NCBI GenBank assembly: GCA_026023565.1
Contig: JAPETS010000027.1
Span: 372,001-436,000, forward strand
Length of the DNA: 64,000 bases
Source of the DNA: Cirrosporium novae-zelandiae
Lineage: Eukaryota
Direction of reading: 5' to 3'
Shown here: in pieces, positions 35,898 to 48,800 of the stretch
How positions within the stretch are numbered: the first letter of the stretch is position 1
How the letters are laid out: every line of letters begins with the position of its first letter
The notes under the pieces: generated by a model
Database searches by the model: none
Told to the model about the DNA's origin: nothing
What the model saw: the letters and a program-made list of their open reading frames with translations, nothing else
Translations under genes and position numbers: made by a program

Positions 35898-37967
35898 TTA
35901 GCCGCTCAAAACCTCCCACAAATCCCCTCCTTTAGCTTCATTAAATTTTTGTCCAATAATATTGCAAAGGACCCATTCTTTCGAAATCATATCAATTAGA
36001 TTTTGGCTTTCGCTGCCCTTGTCGAAGCAAGCTCTCCACTCCCTCCAGATACCCCACGCCTCCTCGATCCAGGCCCGGAAGCTCACCTCCTCGACGATTG
36101 TCGGAGTGATGATTTCTTTGCCTGCGAATACGCCCCAGGTTACTGCATTTGTGGATCCGGGGTGGCTGCATTGGAATTCTAGTGAGTTGTGCGTGTCTGG
36201 GTTTCCGGAGGCGTAGTATGTAAAGTCGGAGGGTCGCGCGTCCAGTCGGGGTTTTAATTTGGAGGTCCATACGGAGGCTGGGGCAAAGAATTCAACGAAT
36301 GGTTTTTGGAAGACGAAACCGCCATGGGGAGGTCCCCAGCCGTAGATAGGGTGGGAGGATCGTACGCCGTTGACGGTGGGCTGCGATGCAATCGTCCAGA
36401 TCCCATCGGATATCAGACGGAGAAGTTGGGACATGATGGATTTTGTTTCTTCGCTGAGGGTGCCTTCACTCCAAGGAAGGGTTTCTAGATCTCCAGTAAG
36501 ATGGCGGCGGAAGAGATCGGTTATGTCGGAGGGTTTGGTGGGTTTGCCCCAAAGTTCCAGAGCACGAGAGAGGGAAACATGCAGGGAGATGCCATAGCCA
36601 TCGATAGTACCATAAGCGGCAGATCGGGCGTCACCCCAGCGACCATTAGGGAAGTCATCCCATGTTGCTTCACGGCCAAGAGCACCTTCACCTTCAGAGA
36701 TAGCGAGAGTTGTAGAGCGGGATGTCAGAGTTGGGTCGGCCGGAACACCAGCATCTGTATCCAGAGCCTCGTGAGAAGTAACCGAGGATACAGATGGTCG
36801 GTCGACAACCACACGATTGCGAGGCTGAGTGTTTATGGAGGAAGCACGACGCCGACGGGCTTGGAAATCAAGCATGCGAGCCTCCTCCTCTGCCGATATT
36901 ACGTTGTTTGTAGGGGGTGAAGTTGACAGTACGGCAGATTCATCAATTGCATTCTCCTCCCCTTCTGGGGTTGAGGGTGAGATGAGATCGCATCGCTCTA
37001 AGATAAATGCAACAGCCTTCTCAAGGTTAAGTGTGTAGAAGTGAAGGCCTCTGGGGGAGGAGTGTGTTTGTTTGAGGATGCCTTGCACAATCTCGCTTAG
37101 TATGTCCACGCCTACCTGCTTTACTGCAGCATCATCATTCTTCACTTTATCTATACGTGCCATTACATCCGATGGAAGATGTGCATGGCTCAATTTCGTT
37201 ACTCTCGTTAGGATCTGATAACTCTGAATAGGCATTAGCCCGGGGAGGATTGGCATGCTCTTAAATGCTCCTGAAGGATGGCTCCGTAGCATCTTTTCAA
37301 ACTTTGTATAGATATCAATGTCATAGCACAGCTGTGTCATTATAAAGTCTGCTCCAGCTTGCACTTTCTCGACCAGATATGGCAAATCTCTTGCTGGATC
37401 TTGTACTTCAGGGTATGACTCATCCGCATGGCCTTCTGGATATGCAGCCACGCCTATACAAAAATAATCTCCATGGGTTTTCTTGATATATCGAACGAGA
37501 TCAATGGCCCATTGAAACTCTTGACTTGTGTTTGCCTCGCCTTCCAGCTGATACTCTTCTCCTCTAGGTGGGTCTCCTCTTAGAGCGAGTATGTTCCTGA
37601 TTCCAAGAACTTTTGCTTCATCAAGAGCTTGATCAATAAGAGATGTATTCATATTTGTGCATGTAAGATGTAGGCAAGTCGTTAGACCTAATTGACGCTG
37701 GCATATCTCTGCCAGTTCTAGGGATTTCTGTGATGTGCTCCCGCCAGCACCCCATGTAACAGTCACAAAGAGAGGCCGGAGGGCTTGGGACATGCGGGCA
37801 AGACGAGCTTGGAGATTCGAAGACCCCTAGAAGAGGTTATAAGCTTTAGCATAGCAATAAATAAAGAGGACGCAGAATACCATATGGGTCTTCGGTGGGA
37901 AGAACTCAAGAGAGAAATAGGTAGCATCTTTAGGGAGTGCCGCAATCTTGTCTGTAATTTTCTCCAT
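35898..37967 (-). CDS. MET12: Methylenetetrahydrofolate reductase (Met12/MetF-type)
   Basis: Exon 1 MEKITDKIAALPKDATYFSLEFFPPKT, then an intron, then FVTVTWGAGGS, CLHLTCTN, NILALRGDPP, GVAAYPEGH, and the regulatory domain WDDFPNGRWGD. Paralog assignment (MET12 vs MET13) is from memory. Confidence 0.9.
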
Positions 37968-38283
37968 AATGCCTGTTATGAAGGGCCAATGCTGGAGTAA
38001 GTGCCGATTGTTATTGTCGCAAGTTCATATCTCTGTGACGTGGAGAGGCCGAGGCTCTTTCTTTGATGTTCTAAACTTGGAAAAGAGCACTGATCCCTGT
38101 TCAGCCCTATATCTCACTCAATGGCAGTTTTACGCGTGAATGCCGTCATTCCTCGTAAATGTTAGGCGACGAGGAGATATTGATACCAATTGTCGGTTGA
38201 ATTCACGGACTACCTTTACACCGATGGGAATTCTGTAAATAATTAAGGGGTTCGAGAGCTAGATCCCCTGAGTACGAAAGCCA

Positions 38284-38999
38284 ATGTTCCAAAGAGGTTT
38301 CCTGCGCAGCTCGCGCTTTTCGAGAACGTCACTATCCCGTTTTCCTCATCCAGCTGGCAGACGTCTACTTTCTACTCCTCCAAACCATTCTCAGTCCGCA
38401 GATAAAGTCCGATCTCGTATTGAACATTTCGAATCGCGATGTAAGATGACTTTAGTATTTAACGGATATTTGCACCTTGCTAACAACTTGTGCGTACAAT
38501 AGTGCCTCGTTTCCTACAAAAGTATACTCGCCCTTTACGAACTGCCCCAGTTACTCACATCGCTTCATTTCTTCTATTACACGAAATTACAGCCATTGTT
38601 CCCCTAGTTGGTCTTGCTGCAACATTTCACTATAGTCATTGGCTTCCAGCATATTTTAGCGAGGGAAAATACATCACTGATGGTATAGAGAGATTTGGTC
38701 GATATTTCCGCCGGAAGGGATGGATTGGAATAAAGGATGCTGAAGAGGTAGAAGAGATTGAGGAAGATATAAAGAAAGGTAGAATAAAGGATAAAAAGTG
38801 GAGGGGTAAGTGGTGGGATAGGGGAGAAGTAGGGGCGCGATGGGTAGTCGAAGTTGCAACTGCATATACTATTACAAAGGTGTTGCTTATTCCAAGAATC
38901 ATGTTCAGCGTATGGGCTACTCCCGGTTTTGCAAGGCTAGTCATGGTACCATGTACAAATGGGTTCAAGGCTATGTTTAAAAGAATCAAGGGTTATTGA
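38284..38999 (+). CDS. MRX11: FLILHELTA-family mitochondrial protein (Mrx11-like)
   Basis: Arg/Ser-rich presequence, HIASFLLLHEITAIVPL, VEVATAYTITKVLLIPRI..SVWATP. One intron at about 38441-38502. Confidence 0.85.
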
Positions 39000-39195
39000 T
39001 AAGGAGCAGATGATGTGATGGCTACGCTTTGTGACAATAGTCGTTTATGGTCTTCTCCATATGGGAGAGAATCGTCATTTCCTATCTAGTCACTCGTGAA
39101 ATATTTTTATCCTATCACATTTCTTCATCAACAGTATGCATGTTGATTGCTCGAGGCAAGGGCCAAGAACCCATTGGCTATTTTCAGCCAATAAT

Positions 39196-40035
39196 CTATG
39201 GCTTCTCATAGACCCAGTCGAACATGGTCGACTTGTACTGAATGACTTCCTCATCCTTGAACCACAAAGCAATTTCCCTCTTTGCGGTTTCGACACTGTC
39301 AGAGCCGTGGCAAACGTTTCGACCCATGTCCTGGATTTAATATTAGCACTTCATTGCTACAAACATGGAATGGAGTGGAAACGTACAATGGCATAGTCGC
39401 CACGGATAGTTCCAGGGGCAGATGCCAAGGGGTTGGTAGCACCGAGAAGGGCTTTTCAATTATTAGGATATTGGTCTTAATAATAGTTGAAGCTATACTT
39501 ACTACGGCCAGTCTTGACGGCATCACGGCCTTCCCAGACCATGGCGCAGATTGGGCCGCTACCCATATCTATGATATCGTTAATTTGAATATCAAGGTGG
39601 TGACTTTCAAAATAGCTCTTGCCCAAGGATTTACCTACAGGTGATGAGACCGGGGTAGAATGGCTTATCCTTCAGATCTTCGTAATGCTTCTCAAGATGA
39701 GCCTTTCCAGGAGTGCAAAGCTTGATGGCAGCAAGCTTGTATCTATTCAATGGATATTAGTACAAATCGTACCCCATGCAATGTATCAAACACTCACCCA
39801 CGGGTCTCGAAACGAGTGATGATGGGACCGATCAGACCGCGCTGCAACAGAGTCAATTAGTTGGCTCTGATAGACTCACATCTAGACGGCTGAAAGAATA
39901 GTGATCTGAAATATGCATAGAGACATACCTGGACGCCATCAGGCTTGATAGCAATGAAGCTGCAATCGTTTGTTAGCCTCACCGCCAATTTTTTCCTATT
40001 TTCAGCTCAGCTTACGTTTGTTCGTTGGCAGACAT
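39196..40035 (-). CDS. YNK1: Nucleoside diphosphate kinase (7 exons; not visible in the ORF track)
   Basis: Manual splicing over 6 introns gives [101 protein letters not shown]. Confidence 0.95.
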
Positions 40036-40911
40036 TGTGGATTCTGCTTGCTGTTCTTCCCTGTGCTTCTGAATGGATCTAAGAATGCCTTGAGTCTTAG
40101 GACTGAGATGTTTAAAAACTGGAGGGTCTGGAGTGGAGTGTGGTGTGGAAGTGTTTAAAATATTTTCAGAAGAAGGGGAAGGAGAAGAAGGAGCAAACTC
40201 GGCATGAAAGTTGTCCATATTCTACTGTGGTCTAACAGCTGCAGGATAGCGTTTAGTGGGCGTGGTGGGGCAGCATTAAGGGTTCCTGGTGGGGCATATC
40301 GGATTAGCAATCTTGGCGCACAACTTGGAAGCAATCAAGCGTCTCCCCTCATGATAGCTGAATTGTCCCCAGAATCAAGCTTCCAACTATTCTAGCCATA
40401 TCAATCAATGCCAGAGATCCAGACTCCCTTTTTCCAATTCAACTTTGCACAATAATTCTTTTGACATGAAAACCAATCATCATCTTAGAGTATCATGCAT
40501 GCATCGCTTTAAAAGGAAAATTATATAGATTTATTTTCCCTTGAACCTTATCTCCAACCTTTTCCAGACAACAATTACCACTGTAGAGCTCCAAAAGGTC
40601 GATTTATCCTTTCAATTAATATAAAAGATAAAACCTTCGATAAATCATCCAAGGGAGTTAACCAGTTGTTCCAGTCTAAATAATTATTTGCTGCATTCTT
40701 TCATCAAGCTTTTCCTGGTTAGGGAAGCCACCCGGCTTCCTTGTCCGTGCTAAAACCTGCGTAGGTGCGCAGTTCTCATCATATGCGTGTCGACAACCTT
40801 GCGGCTTGGCCAGATCCACCGTATCTGTAACAGGCGAGCTCTCATCTTTGCCTTTGACCAGCATCTATTTCTACGAGTACGTGGACAGTGGGACTTTCAG
40901 ATGCAAAGTTC

Positions 40912-43900
40912 ATGACAATGATCTCTGTCCATCAGTCCCCCTTAAGATGGGTGGCATTCTTCGCTGTCGTTGTTCTTTTGGCGTCTTTGATAACGCCTGG
41001 AGGTAGAGCTCTCTGCTAGAATGTAATTGAATTTCGTTTGAGTACTGATATAATGTCTCAAGGGACCGTCAAGCATGACAACTTCAAAACTTGCGATCAG
41101 TCCGGTTTCTGCAAGCGGAATCGAGCGCTTGCTGATAATGCGTCGGTACAATCGTCCTGGAACTCACCCTATGAGCTTGATTCCGAATCTATAACCTTCA
41201 AAGATGGTCAATTGCAAGGCATAGTCCTCAAGGCGGTTAGCCCCAATGAACCCAAAGTTAGACTCCCTATCACAATATCCTTCCTCGAGTCCGGTCTTGC
41301 AAGAGTTACCCTTGATGAAGAAAAGCGTCAGAAGGGTGATATCGAGCTTCGACATAACAGTCAGGCCAGGAAGGAAAGGTACAATGAGGCTGCTAAATGG
41401 GCTCTTGTGGGGGGGTTAACCCTAAGCACGACTGCGGCTACAGAAGAAACTGCTGAGCAGGGCTTCACCAAAGTCAGCTATGGGCCTTCCAACAAATATG
41501 AAGCTATTATTAGGCATGCTCCTTTTGGAATTGATTTCAAAAGAGATGATGAGACACACATAAAGCTCAACGATAGAGGTTTGTTGAATATGGAACATTG
41601 GAGGCCTAAGGTTGAGAAAAATACCGAAGAGAAAACTACCGAAGAGAACAATACTGAATCTTCCGAGGACGAAAGCACTTGGTGGGATGAATCCTTTGGA
41701 GGAAATACCGATTCGAAGCCAAGAGGTCCTGAAAGTATCGGTCTAGATTTCTCTTTCCCTGGGTATGAACATGTCTTTGGGATTCCTGAACATACAGGAC
41801 CGCTATCCTTACGAGAGACTCGGTGAGTAGCTACATTCCATCATAACCCTAGCCCATTACTGACTAAACGTTAGAGGGGGTACCGGAAACTTTGAGGATC
41901 CATATAGGCTTTACAATGCCGATGTTTTTGAATATGAGATGAATAGTCCTATGACCTTATACGGAGCCATACCATTCATGCATGCACATAGGAAGGACTC
42001 CACCGTGGGCATCTTTTGGCTTAATTCGGCCGAAACTTGGATAGATATCGTCAAGTCCAAACCCAGCAGTAATCCTTTGAGTCTTGGAACCAGTGGAAAG
42101 GCTACTACCAAGACTCATTGGTTTTCGGAAAGTGGTATTCTTGATGTTTTCATATTTCTCGGACCTACTCCAAAAGATCTGACAAGCTTGTACGGCGAGC
42201 TCACGGGTTATACCCAATTGCCTCAGCAGTTCTCCATTGCACACCATCAATGCAGGTGGAATTATGTGACTGATGATGATGTCAAAGATGTTGATCGCAA
42301 ATTTGACAAGCATCAAATTCCATATGACGTTATCTGGCTTGACATAGAATATACCGATGGCAAGAAATATTTCACTTGGGATTCACATACATTCCCCGAC
42401 CCTATTGGCATGCAAGAGCAACTTGATCACTCTGAGCGAAAGCTTGTTGCAATCATTGATCCTCATATTAAGAACGAAGGTGGCTATCCGGTTGTTGAAG
42501 AACTGAAGAGCAAGTCCCTAGCGGTCAAAAATAAGGATGGTAATATCTATGAGGGCTGGTGTTGGCCAGGATCCTCCCATTGGATTGATTGCTTTAATCC
42601 TGCTTCAATCGACTGGTGGAAGACTCTGTTCAATTACGACAGGTTTCCCGGGAGTACACCAAATATGTTCATCTGGAATGATATGAATGAGCCTTCCGTC
42701 TTTAACGGGCCCGAAACAACCATGCCAAAGGATAATCTTCATTATGATAACTGGGAACACCGTGATGTCCATAATCTCAACGGCATGACATTTGTGAATG
42801 CTACGTATCATGCCATTCAGTCCCGAAAGAAGGGGGAGCTTGTACGACCCTTTGTCCTAACTCGCTCATTCTTCGCGGGTTCGCAACGTCTTGGTGCCAT
42901 GTGGACTGGAGATAATCAAGCTGAATGGTCTCATCTCGAAGCATCTATTCCTATGATACTCGCAAACGGTATTGCGGGTTTCCCATTTGCTGGTGCTGAT
43001 GTTGGCGGTTTCTTCGGCAACACGGAGAAGGACCTTCTTGTTCGATGGTATCAAGCTGGAGCATTCTACCCATTTTTCCGTGCGCATGCTCACATTGATA
43101 CCCGCCGGCGTGAGCCATACCTTATCGGAGAGCCCTACACCACTTTGATCACACAAGCTCTTCGTCTCCGTTACCAGCTTCTTCCAGCTTGGTACACGGC
43201 TTTCCACGAAGCTTCCGTTGACGGTACTCCAATTGTTCGCCCACAATATTATACCCATCCTTCTGACGAGCGTGGCTTTGCAATCGATGACCAATTGTAT
43301 CTTGGCTCCACTGGTCTACTGGCTAAACCAGTCACACAGCAAAATAAAGAGACCGCAGACATCTATATATCTGACGACCAGCCTTACTATGATTACTTTG
43401 ATTATACAGTGTATTCAGGTGCTGGTAAAACCCATACGGTCCCTGCTCCTCTCGAAAGGATTCCTCTGCTTATGCAAGGTGGACATATCATCCCTCGTAG
43501 GGACCGTGCTAGACGTAGCAGTGGCCTCATGCGATATGACCCATTAACACTGGTTGTTGCTCTTAGCAAAGATAGCAGTGCCATTGGGGAGCTGTATCTT
43601 GATGACGGAGAAACTTATGATTACCAGAGTGGAGGATACATACATCGGAACTTTATCTTTGCTCCTTCTGGTGACTTTTATACTCTCCAATCAACTGACT
43701 TGGCCACGCCAGGCGCAAAAACCAACGAATATCTAAAGGAAATGGATCGCGTTCATGTTGAGAAGGTGGTCATTATTGGAGCTCCTACGGAATGGAAGAG
43801 TAAGACCGAGGTCAGCATTCTAGATGATACGGAAACTGAGGGTAAGGCCGAATTGAGCTGGCATCCCGCTGAAGGAGGAAGGGCTGCCTGGGCAGCGGTT

Positions 43901-43948
43901 AAGAATCCAAATGTTGGAATCGGAAAGAGTTGGAAGATTGTGTTCTAA
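40912..43948 (+). CDS. ROT2: ER glucosidase II alpha subunit (GH31)
   Basis: Signal-peptide exon (ATG 40912), KHDNFKTCDQSGFCKRNR, WLDIEY, IWNDMNEPSVF nucleophile motif, WTGDN, RAHAHIDTRRREP. Two introns. Confidence 0.95.
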
Positions 43949-44471
43949 GGGCACATGGGTCTTGATTGACATTTGAAAAATGCACATAGACGTGGCAAAA
44001 GCACAAACAGACGGCTGGGCTTGTTTGATGGAGTTGGATAGTTTGGGGAGGATATCACATTGTCACTGCCTTGAATGATTCACGCCTGGACATAATTAGA
44101 TAGGTGTCATGTCCATTAAAAAAGAGACGGTTTGTAATTTCATGTGACTATAGGAGGTAGCCTGTATGTTCTATCCTAGACTGCATTAGATATGTTTGCA
44201 TGAGTTTAGGGGTGAATAACAGATAAACAAACTAACGTAGAGAATATACAACTGATAAAGGACTATAAATTCTACAGAGAAACCAAGTATACCTTCCTTG
44301 TTCCACTACAACCTTGGCCATTCATCTAGTACCTAGGTAATCAGTCCAGACGCTTTTATAAACAATCAACTTTGCCAGCAACTATAAAAAAAATACAAAT
44401 ACTGCCACCAAAAATACATCTCCATCAAATACAAATGAGATATAAAATAAAACAACCATCTTTATTATATT

Positions 44472-44993
44472 ATGGACCCATGTGTATGTGTTGTATGCAA
44501 AACCTGTGCAAAAGCTCCTCGCGAAAAAGTCAGGAAATATCTACAAAATACTCCAGCCGCTCCTCCCGCAATATATCCTAATCCGGCATGCGGCAATGTC
44601 ATCAAGCAGATATACTCCGTAGGGGATATTTGGACACTCAATCCTGATGCTCCTATCCTGGTTGAATCTACAGTCAAAGGAGGGAGCAAGAAATATCACT
44701 CAGAAGTTTTCGAGGCCGGCCAAAAAAACCAGCCCGAAACCAAACCGCCGGTCACAGTTCGTACCGTAATCACTATGACGTTGGACAAATGCCACCAAAC
44801 ATACAATAAAAATATTCCCGGTGCCTATCTATCCATAGATTGTAACCCTCTCACCGATGATATATCTATCCCATATCAGGAATCCCAACCAAACCACCCA
44901 CAACCATACAAACTCCCTCCTAACCTACCTAACCCCTTAAGGCATGACCCCAAGGATTGGTTGTACGCCCCCCTTGGATATCTCACCCGTTAA
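44472..44993 (+). CDS. Possible orphan ORF with an N-terminal Cys cluster
   Basis: 173-codon ATG-initiated ORF (CVCVVCKTC), Pro-rich. No homology recognised. Confidence 0.25.
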   Translation: MDPCVCVVCKTCAKAPREKVRKYLQNTPAAPPAIYPNPACGNVIKQIYSVGDIWTLNPDAPILVESTVKGGSKKYHSEVFEAGQKNQPETKPPVTVRTVITMTLDKCHQTYNKNIPGAYLSIDCNPLTDDISIPYQESQPNHPQPYKLPPNLPNPLRHDPKDWLYAPLGYLTR

Positions 44994-47209
44994 ACTATTT
45001 GTTTCAAAATTTTAATCTCATTCCTAATTCCCAACAGGTTATGAGAGCCCCTGCACCTCGGTGCCTTTTTCAGCTAAGAAACACTACCACCACCCAAGAA
45101 ATAGGGAATATATACTTAGACTTTGTTTATCCCGAAACCAATCACAATAACATGCGGTGACGTCGACAGCAACGTCGAAACATCAAGACTAGACCTGAGA
45201 AGTTTTAGACTTGGCTATGATGAAATTGAGCCTCTCCTCTACTACATAACGTACCTATATTCAAGGTAAACGAAAAGCAGGCAGCCAATATACGCCTACC
45301 TACGTCCATTCACTTTTTTAAACCTCTCTGCTCCTTCGTCCAACTCATAATATCTTACCCTCATCCACGCACATTGGCCATCTATATAAACCTATCTCTC
45401 ATTTCACAGCACGCCTGGAAGGGGACAAGAAAAGGGGGGGCAAAACAAGCCCAAGAACAGCAGCTTAAGGCTGAAAAACGAGAACGGAACTACCTGAATG
45501 ATTCTTGTCTCTTTTTCTCTTTCCGTCTCTTTTCATCTCTTCCATCTCTTCCACAACTATCTTCTTCCATCTACGTTTAATTTTTTTGTCTTTTTCCCTA
45601 TCCATTCCTCCCTTTTCTCTCCCTCCCCTTCCATTCACCATTTTCTTTCCATCTCCCTTGCTCTTTCCCTTCCAAATCAAAATCAAAATAGCAATCAAAA
45701 AAGGAAAAAAGACCATACAAATAACATCATACTCTAAAATATCAACCCCCCCTCCCCTTTCACCCCAGTCATCCTCCAACTCCAACTCCAAACTATCACT
45801 CATATCCTCTTATTCCTTCTCTCTTTTTTTGCTCTCCAAAGCTCGGTTCCATGTATGTTGTTTTCGGTGTGGTTTGTGGTTTCCCGCTGGTACTTCCCCT
45901 CTCAGGGCGTACTATGAACTCGATCAGTGAAGTTAGTTGGGGTTTGGGGGCTTCCGAGGAGGAAACGGATAGAAGATATGGAAGTTTTTTTTATTGAGCT
46001 GGATGATTGATTTTGTTGATGTTGCAGGGTGTTGGTTCTAGAATTAATAGATACCTAGATGGTTGGTTAAAGCAATCGATTCTGTACTGAAAAAAAAAGA
46101 GTTTGGAGAGGATATAGAGATGACGTAGTATTTCTTTTTATGAAGTTTCCTTTTTTTATTTTTTTTGAATAGGGAGGGTCTTAGAGGGACATCAAGTTGT
46201 GTTTTATGTTATATAACACCTAGTTGCCATACAGTATATTCTATTACACCTGGTCCTCTCACATAGCCATTCATTCTCGCTCGTCGTACATGTACGTCTC
46301 ATCACAAAAACCCCTCCCCTATCCGTCCTCGTTCATCCATCCAACCTTTTATTTTTATTTCCATTTCCACAATCCTACCTACCTACCCACCTAGCTAGGT
46401 AGCTGAATACGTGAGAGTGGCAGCGCAGCGCAAGCAACCCTAGATAAGTCCTAAGTAGAGTAATGAAGAAAAAAAAAACTAATTATATAGATTACGATAA
46501 CAGCCTAGATAGATGGATGGAAGAAAGGATTAGGAATAAAATCGCAACATTAAACACAAAAGATGATGATGATGAATGATGAATAATGATAAACTTAGGA
46601 AGAATAAATGCCCCCCCCCCCCTTTTTATGTTGTAGACGTACAAAGTACAGTAAAAGATCAAGGGACTTAGACCTACCTCCCTCGAATGATACATACAGT
46701 ACGCACAAAACCTAACCTTCACGCTACTGCAGTAAACAAAAAACTCATGCTCCTACTTCTACCCAACTCAAAAAAAATAATCATTTCATTTTGTTTCACC
46801 TCATTCATTCATTCTTCCATCTATCCATCCATCCCTATCCCCGTACTACTAGTTACTATGAAAAGGAGTTTTTTTTTTTTTTTTTCATTAGGGTTAACTG
46901 TAAAAGCCTAAACTCTTGCAAGCCTCGTAGAAATTCTAAACAAAGCAAAGCAAAAGCAAAATATAAAATTATAACAATTCCCTCTCCAAGCAAGGCAGGC
47001 AGGCAGGCAGGTTGTTGTTCAGCCCCCCCCCCCTATTTCTTTATTCCTCAAACTTTGCCCAAACCTATAAACAATCTCTCTTTCACATTGTACATTGTAC
47101 ATGTACAAAACCAAGTTTTAATCTCTTGAAGAAGTGTGTAACTTGCTTGCTTGATATTGATTCTAATAAAGGAAAAGGTTCTATTTAAGGGGTCTTGTCG
47201 ATTCCACTA

Positions 47210-48800
47210 GTTAGTACTGCTTAGTAGCAGACCCTCTCTCTTATCCGCTAATCCTTTTTCCCCTTGAATAATCTCTTCTAGATTGACTTTTACGACCTTA
47301 ATCACATGCCTTAACCCCAATTGTTTCCCTTCGGATTGTGCAAAGCAGACAGCGGTTCAGAGAATGTTTTTGATTTCACTACCCTGTGTTTTTCTTCATC
47401 GTTAGTTTTTTTTTTGAGAAATTGGTGGTTTCATGCATGCAGAAAAAACGCAGGAACTATTCTTGCGTTGATTTTGAGCTGGCCCAGGGTGGCATAAGCG
47501 GCGGGATCGGTCCAGGTCTCTTTCAAGATAACTTTGGAGGTGGTGTCAATTAGGTGTTTCCAGATTTGTGCTCTGGTTTTATCATTGAGATTAGGGTACT
47601 CAACTGTGACGTGAATGCGATTTTTAAAGGCTTCGTCCAAGTCTTAAGCTCGGTTCGTTGTGAGGAAAAAAATTCCTCCGTAGTATTCCATCATTCGAAG
47701 AAATACTAACGAAAACATTTAGACGACGACGATGACTAAAACCATTGGGGTTTTTCTTTTCGCTAAACGTACCTGCTACGATTGCGTTCCTGTGCAATTG
47801 TTTAGAGTTTCGTTTTGACATGAGAACATCCGCTTCGTCTAGCAAAACGATTGCTCTCCATCTTCTGCCGAATTTGAAAATGGTTTTCAACTGAAGAAAC
47901 ATGGGTACCAAGTTCACCCCCAGGAACAGTATATAACGGACGCCTAACTTCTTCTGCTAGACTTTCTGTGTTGTCCCTTTTAGCGGAGGGCTGATAAATT
48001 TGGGTTGATGTTACTGACCAGCTGTTAAGGTTTTCCCAAGACCAGGTTCGCTGTCTAGTATTAGTCAAAACTAATATGATTAAAGAGAGAAAACGAATTA
48101 AAGAATAAGAAACATACCCTGTTAGCAAGAACATAAGACCCTTCCCCTTACTGGGTACAACGCCATTGAAGGATGATAGATTTCCGCTATGGTGGCCTTT
48201 GACCAAAGCTACCATGAGAGATTTCGTCTCCGCTTTCATCTGCAATGCCTGAAATGCTTTGTCACCCCAACGAATACATTGTAGCTTCTCGACTTCTAGC
48301 CAACTCCAGTCCTTCTCCCCTAGGCCGATTCTGGGAATGCGTGTAGGGAAAAAGAGGAGGGGATTATAGCCCTTTCCAACTTCCTTAAAAAGTCCAGGAA
48401 GGCGGTCATTTTCCCCCACAGCTAGACCATGAAAAGAATCTGAACCAGCCGCTGATAGGTCTGGGGCAATCGGCGACTTTGGATCAGGAGGGCGAATCGA
48501 GCTATATTTAACGGAATTAATCATCCGTTGATCATTGCTAGGGGTTGTCTTTCTGGTGTATAAATTCCAGACAAGGATACGCATATTCATCCAAGAACAG
48601 GGCGTAATCAATGATGACTCCTTCGTGGAGCCACCAGGGAGTACTTTGCACTTCCTCCTAGTGGCTATGAGGGAGCGCTCACCTGAAATTGAAGTCTTGA
48701 ATCAAGGATGTTATTTGTCCATCCCGTCCCTTCATAAAAGCGGTGCGCAGAGCCTTCTTTCAGAAACCTCTGAAATGAGAATATAGCGTCTCAGGCAGGT
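47210..48800 (-). pseudogene. Disrupted fungal AAA+ ATPase gene
   Basis: KGKGLMFLLTG-EPGLGKTLTA (Walker A), RRPLY..GELG, AIVLLDEADV (Walker B), RNAIVA-VFLRMMEYYGGIFFLTTNRA*DLDEAFKNRIH (TAA 47644-46), EIKNIL*TA (TGA 47357-59). Frameshift near 47885. The 5' boundary is approximate. Confidence 0.88.
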
